The notes beneath the pieces were generated by a model that was not told the DNA's origin, did not search any database, and saw nothing but the letters and a program-made list of their open reading frames with translations. Source: Eledone cirrhosa (Eukaryota). Taken from it: 64,000 nt of DNA. The stretch spans positions 35,216,001 to 35,280,000 of the forward strand of contig OZ024741.1 in NCBI GenBank assembly GCA_964016885.1. Reading direction: 5' to 3'. Below, in pieces: positions 58,320 to 64,000 of the stretch (the first letter of the stretch is position 1; the number at the start of each line of letters is the position of its first letter). Both the position numbers and the translations under genes were made by a program.

Positions 58320-60868
58320 ATAATGAGTTCATATATAAAGAACTCAGAAAAAATTATAAAAAATCTAATAATGCGTCACTCACCAACATCAACAACAAAA
58401 CACACAACATAGTAAAAAAAACTAAACATTGAAGATAGAACTGAACCTTTGGCATTGAAAAGACCACACTTCAACCTGAAGGATCATAAATCAAACTTTA
58501 ACTCAAATCCTTCTATTAGACTTATATGTCCCTCCAAATCAGATATTGGAATAATTAGCAAAAAAATTTTGGATAGAGTCATCCCACAAATAAGAAAACA
58601 CGTTATTTTACCACTCTGGGAAAACACCTCCCAGGTAATTAACTGGTTTAAAAATATTAGATGTAAATCTTCTGCTTCATTTCTACAATTTGATATAGAT
58701 AATTACTATTCTTCTATATCACCTATACTCCTGAACAAAGCATTGATATTTGCTAAAAATAGATCTAACTTAACTTTGGATGACATTAATATTATTACAC
58801 ATGCTAGACTAACACTTATTGAATTTCAGAATGAATACTGGACCAGAAACACATATAGTAATCTATTTGATATTACTATGGGTTCAAGCGATTCCGCCCA
58901 AATTACTGATCTTGTGGGCCTCTTTCTCCTTTTCAACATAAATGCCTCCTTTCCCCACCTCAAAGGTGGTTTATATCGTGATGACTGTCTTCTTCTTTCT
59001 AACAACCTTAGCCTTTCAGAAATTGAAAAAAACAAAAAACATATTAGAACTTTCCTTAAAGACTATTATAATCTTCATATTACTTTTGAAAAAACAAGTA
59101 AAGTAGTAAATTTCCTAGATATAACTTTAGATTTAGCTACGGGTATCTACCAACCTTACCATAAACCAAACCAAAACTTACATTACATACACTCACAATC
59201 TAATCACCCTAAATCTATCCTTAAAAACCTTGCATATAATATATCACTTAGAATTTCTAACCTTTCTTCTAACCAAGATGTATTTGATAAAAATGCGACC
59301 TTCTATAACGAAGCTCTAGATAGAAGTGGCCACAAAAATAGATTAGAATATATACCTTCTACTAAAAATACTGAAAGCATACAACCTAATATTACCAACA
59401 AACACCAAATGAAAAGTACACACCTAAATGCCACCCACACTATACCCCAAAATACCAAATCTTCTAATATAAAATATAGTAACTCTCAAAAAACTACTCA
59501 TCATACAACTCTAATAAATATTAATAATAAAACTCCTAATAAAAAGGATAAAACACCTAAATCTACAAATATAACTAAAAATGGTTGTGGTGAGATCATT
59601 AACATTAATCCTCCTAGTAAACATCACGATACAACCTATAAAAATAATAAAAATAATAAACAACATAGAGACCGTAATAGACGGGTTACTTGGTATAATG
59701 CTCCATTTAATTTACAAATTAAGGATAATATTGCTAAAAAATTTTTTTATATCCTAGAGAAAAACTTCCCGCCAAACCACAAATACCATCAAATCTTAAA
59801 TAGGTCTACAGTTAAATTCTCATACTCTACAACAAATAACATAAAACAAAATATAAGTGCCTATAATGCATATAAATGTAAGAAAACCATAAGTATACCA
59901 CCAGTACATCAAATTAACCATAATATCTCCTCAAATACAGAATTAACGAAAGGTTGTAACTGTAGAAACAAAGCAAACTGCCCATTAAAAGGGAATTGTC
60001 TTGTTAACAACATAGTCTATAAATGTAATGTTAAAACTAAAGATTCTATTTGCTCATATATAGGAGCTACCTCTAACAATTTTAAGACAAGGTTTAATAC
60101 CCACAAGCATAGTTTTAAAAATGCCGCACTGGCTAATACAACATCTCTAGCAGAAAAAATCAATAGTTATAAAAATAAGAATATAGAATATGATTTGACC
60201 TGGAGTGTGCTCAAAAGAGCCACCCCTTATCAAAATAATAGAAATGAATGTAGATTATGTTCCCAAGAACTATTTGAAATAATGAAATCTAAGGATATCC
60301 TATTAAATAAACGACAGGAATTAATTATATCGTGTAATCATAAACTAAAAAAAACATTTAAATATTATAAACCTAATTAATAACATTATTTTAGAAATTA
60401 ATTTAATTTAAATGTTAGTTAACCTATAAATTTAATTTAATTAAAATTCTATTACAGATGAGAATATAAAATATTGTGTAATCATAAATTGTGAAAAACC
60501 TTTAAATATTACTAATATATACTTAGTAATTTAATTTATAGATTAATTTTAATTTATTTAAACCTTTTATTAAAATTCCTTTACAGATAAAATATAACAA
60601 AATATCGTATATCCAATGACAGAGAAATAATTTTTAGTATTATAGACCTAATTAATATACATTTTAGAAATATATTTATAATTTGGTTTTAAATTTAGTC
60701 AACCTAAAAATTTAATTTAATTGGCTTAAAATTAGTATCCTTATACAGACGGATTGCAGAATGTCATGTAATCATAGAATGGGATGTGTTTTGGATATAT
60801 ACCTAGTTAATATATTCTTTGCAATTTTTGAAAAAATATGTATATGTATGTATGTATATGTATGTATA

Positions 60869-60911
<43 letters not shown>

Positions 60912-61744
60912 ATGTATATATATATGTGTATGTATATGTATATGTATATGTATTAATTTTGATTTCTATTTGCATATAATTATATTCTGCTATTGATAAA
61001 ATACAATATCTGTTTTATTTATTATATACCTAATTAACATATACTATAGAAATTAATATATAATTTTTAATTTAGTTAACCTATAATTTATATTCTACTA
61101 CCGATGTAATACTTTATTTGTTTTTTCCCTATTACTAAATTCATTTCCTAATATTGATACCATAACGTTATTAACTTTAATTTAGTTATACTATAATTAA
61201 TACTCTACTACTATTTAACTTCAAAATTCTGCTTCAAATATTATAAATCTAACTAATTTACACCTTAGAAATCAATATGTTAACTATCTTTAGTTTAGTT
61301 AACATATAATTAATGGTATACTTATTTATTTTGAAATGCATAAATTTTGCCTTATTTCTTGTATTTCCTAACACTGAAACTATGTAAAAACATACATTGG
61401 ATCCAGATACAGATAATATTCTATGTTTCTTGAAACATATATTTACTATAATCCCCTTCTCCACCCCCCCCCCCTTTCCCCCATACTATTATCATCTGTG
61501 TTTGTAAGCGTGTATGTATGAATATATATGTAGGTAGGTGTATATATGTTTGGGTATTTATATCTGAATATAAAAATACATATATGCGCATGCAAATAAG
61601 AATGTAAGATTGTGTGTATATATATGTGTGTATGTATATATATGTGTGTATATATGCATGTGTATATATATGTGTATGTGTATGTGTGTATGTGTATATA
61701 TATGTGTATATGTGTATATGTGTGTGGGCGTGTATGTGTGTATG

Positions 61745-61781
<37 letters not shown>

Positions 61782-62036
61782 GTGTGTATGTATGTATGTA
61801 TATATGTGTGTGTATATATATGTATGTCTCTCTATTTATATGTCTATCTTCGTATCTATGTGGGTATATGTGTGTATGTGCATGTATGCACATGTATGTG
61901 TTTACGTGTATATGTGTGTATGTGTATGTATGTGCGTGTGCGCACACACATATATATGTGAGTGTGTGTGTGTGTGTGTGTGTGTATATGTATATATATA
62001 TATATATATCTATGTGTGTATATATGTCTATATTCG

Positions 62037-62091
<55 letters not shown>

Positions 62092-62671
62092 TATTATTAT
62101 AATATAACTTATGTGTATGTGTGTATATGTGAGGGTGTGTGTATGTATATATATGTGTATATATATGTGTAAAAAAATATATATATGTATGTCTGTTTTT
62201 TGTGTGTGTGTATATATATGTATGTGTATATATATGTGTATGTGTGTGTTTGTATGTTTTGTATGTGTGTTTATGGTTGTATGTGTGTGTGGGTGTATAT
62301 ATATAAATGTATGTGTGTATATATATATATATATATATGTGTGTATATATATCTCTATTAATGCGTGTATATATGTATATGTATATGCCTTTTTCTTTGT
62401 ATGTCTGAGTTGTGTGAGGGTGTAGTGGTGTTTGTATGTATATACGCATATATGGATGCGTATGTATTTGTATATATGAGTATATGTAAGTGCATATGTA
62501 TGTATGAATATATATCTAATTCTATGTATGAGTATATATGTGTGTGTATGTATGTTGTGTGTGTATGTATGTATGTGTCTATGTGTGTATATATATGTAT
62601 ATATGTGTGTGTATGTATGTATGTATGTGTATGTATGTACATATATGTCTATGTATGTGTGTATGTATATG

Positions 62672-62706
<35 letters not shown>

Positions 62707-62898
62707 TTATTTTATATATATGTGTGTGTGTGTATGTGTGTGTGTGTATATATATATCTTTATATATGTGTATGTGTATGTTCGTGTAGGTGTATGTGTG
62801 TGTATGACTATATATGTATGTATGTATGTGTGTATGTATGTATATGTATGTGTGTGTACATGTATGTATGTGTATGTATGTATATGTGTGTATATGTG

Positions 62899-62933
<35 letters not shown>

Positions 62934-63239
62934 ATGTATATATATATATATATATGTATATGTATCTCTATTTGTATATGTATATGTATATAGGTATATA
63001 CCTTTTTCTTTGTATGTCTGAGTTGTGTGAGAGTGTAGTTGGTGTTTGTATGTATATACCGATATATGGATGCGTAAGTATTTGTGTGTATGTATGTATG
63101 TATATCTGTATGAATTTGCGTCTATATATAGGTATGTATGTGTATATCTGTATGTATATAAGTATGTATGTGTATGTATATGTGCGTGTATGTGTGTATA
63201 TATATGTGTGTCTATATAGTATGTGTGATTATATGTGTA

Positions 63240-63298
<59 letters not shown>

Positions 63299-63414
63299 GT
63301 ATGTGTATATATGTGTGTATGTGTGTATTTGTATATGTTTATATATGTGTGTGTATGTATGTTCTAAGTGTGGATGTGTGTATATGTATGTATGTGTTTG
63401 TGTATATATATATG

Positions 63415-63480
<66 letters not shown>

Positions 63481-64000
63481 CTTGATATATTTCTTTTTTC
63501 TTTTTATTTTCTTAGTTTATAGATACATCTATAATAAGCAGTCTGCCCAAACCGTTGAATACTGACCTCTCCCCATCTCCCACCTAATTTCTGTATCTTG
63601 ATCTAAATGTGTGTGACAGTGTTTATGTGAGTGAATTAATATCCATGTGCTTATGATATTATATCCACATATATATATGTGAGTGGGGGTGTGTGTGTGT
63701 TTGTATGTTCGTAATTATGTGTATGTTTATGCATATACGCGCGCGTGTGTGTGATTGTACGGATATGTGTGAGTATGAGAATATGTGTATACACTTATTT
63801 CATATTTATGTGTCTATACGCATCTTATCTGTGCATTATAAACTTACAGAGACATTAACCTTGAAATTTTGTATTTGCATCCATCCTTTTGGTATGCGTA
63901 TACATGTTGAGCATACATTTTTGTAAAATATGTGTAAGGGTAGTTACATGTATATACACACACCGAACTGCATAAAACCTTTTGTATTTTCATTGGTCAA
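58320..64000 (+). mobile_element. Penelope-like retroelement, probably Hydra clade; 5'-truncated, runs off the window
   Basis: RT + GIY-YIG ORF followed by AT-rich and microsatellite-rich 3' sequence that is duplicated in inverted orientation upstream. Confidence 0.85.
58449..60380 (+). CDS. Penelope-like polyprotein: reverse transcriptase + C-terminal GIY-YIG endonuclease
   Basis: LKDHK..RLI, QFDIDNYY, TMGS, LYRDD, NFLDI, CNCRNKANCPLKGNC, IVYKC..YIGAT..KTRFNTH, CRLC..E, LLN, SCNHK. Coding-like sequence extends back to ~58322 across a frameshift in the A-run near 58414-58421; no true start codon. Confidence 0.92.
   Translation: MALKRPHFNLKDHKSNFNSNPSIRLICPSKSDIGIISKKILDRVIPQIRKHVILPLWENTSQVINWFKNIRCKSSASFLQFDIDNYYSSISPILLNKALIFAKNRSNLTLDDINIITHARLTLIEFQNEYWTRNTYSNLFDITMGSSDSAQITDLVGLFLLFNINASFPHLKGGLYRDDCLLLSNNLSLSEIEKNKKHIRTFLKDYYNLHITFEKTSKVVNFLDITLDLATGIYQPYHKPNQNLHYIHSQSNHPKSILKNLAYNISLRISNLSSNQDVFDKNATFYNEALDRSGHKNRLEYIPSTKNTESIQPNITNKHQMKSTHLNATHTIPQNTKSSNIKYSNSQKTTHHTTLININNKTPNKKDKTPKSTNITKNGCGEIININPPSKHHDTTYKNNKNNKQHRDRNRRVTWYNAPFNLQIKDNIAKKFFYILEKNFPPNHKYHQILNRSTVKFSYSTTNNIKQNISAYNAYKCKKTISIPPVHQINHNISSNTELTKGCNCRNKANCPLKGNCLVNNIVYKCNVKTKDSICSYIGATSNNFKTRFNTHKHSFKNAALANTTSLAEKINSYKNKNIEYDLTWSVLKRATPYQNNRNECRLCSQELFEIMKSKDILLNKRQELIISCNHKLKKTFKYYKPN

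Overview
Eukaryotic, AT-rich, repeat-dominated DNA; the SINE/LINE and microsatellite content suggests an octopod cephalopod (inference). Two host genes are visible: a minus-strand exon (16196-16939) whose N-terminus aligns without gaps to the Scm3/HJURP CENP-A-chaperone domain, and exon 1 (43415-43623) of a receptor guanylyl cyclase/natriuretic-peptide-receptor-like gene, with the rest of the window probably intronic. Mobile elements: four CRE-like RLE non-LTR fragments, one split by a full-length CsRn1-type Gypsy LTR element (CCAG TSD, tRNA-Trp PBS, -1 slippery site); many RTE LINE fragments, one nested in another; tRNA-derived SINEs; MITEs; a Tx1-like LINE; and a Penelope-like element (RT + GIY-YIG) inside a >4.2 kb inverted duplication that carries kilobases of microsatellite. 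Four type I hammerhead ribozyme motifs with a 6-nt self-complementary stem III each lie just upstream of a (TA)n tract. All calls were made by eye; no searches were run.
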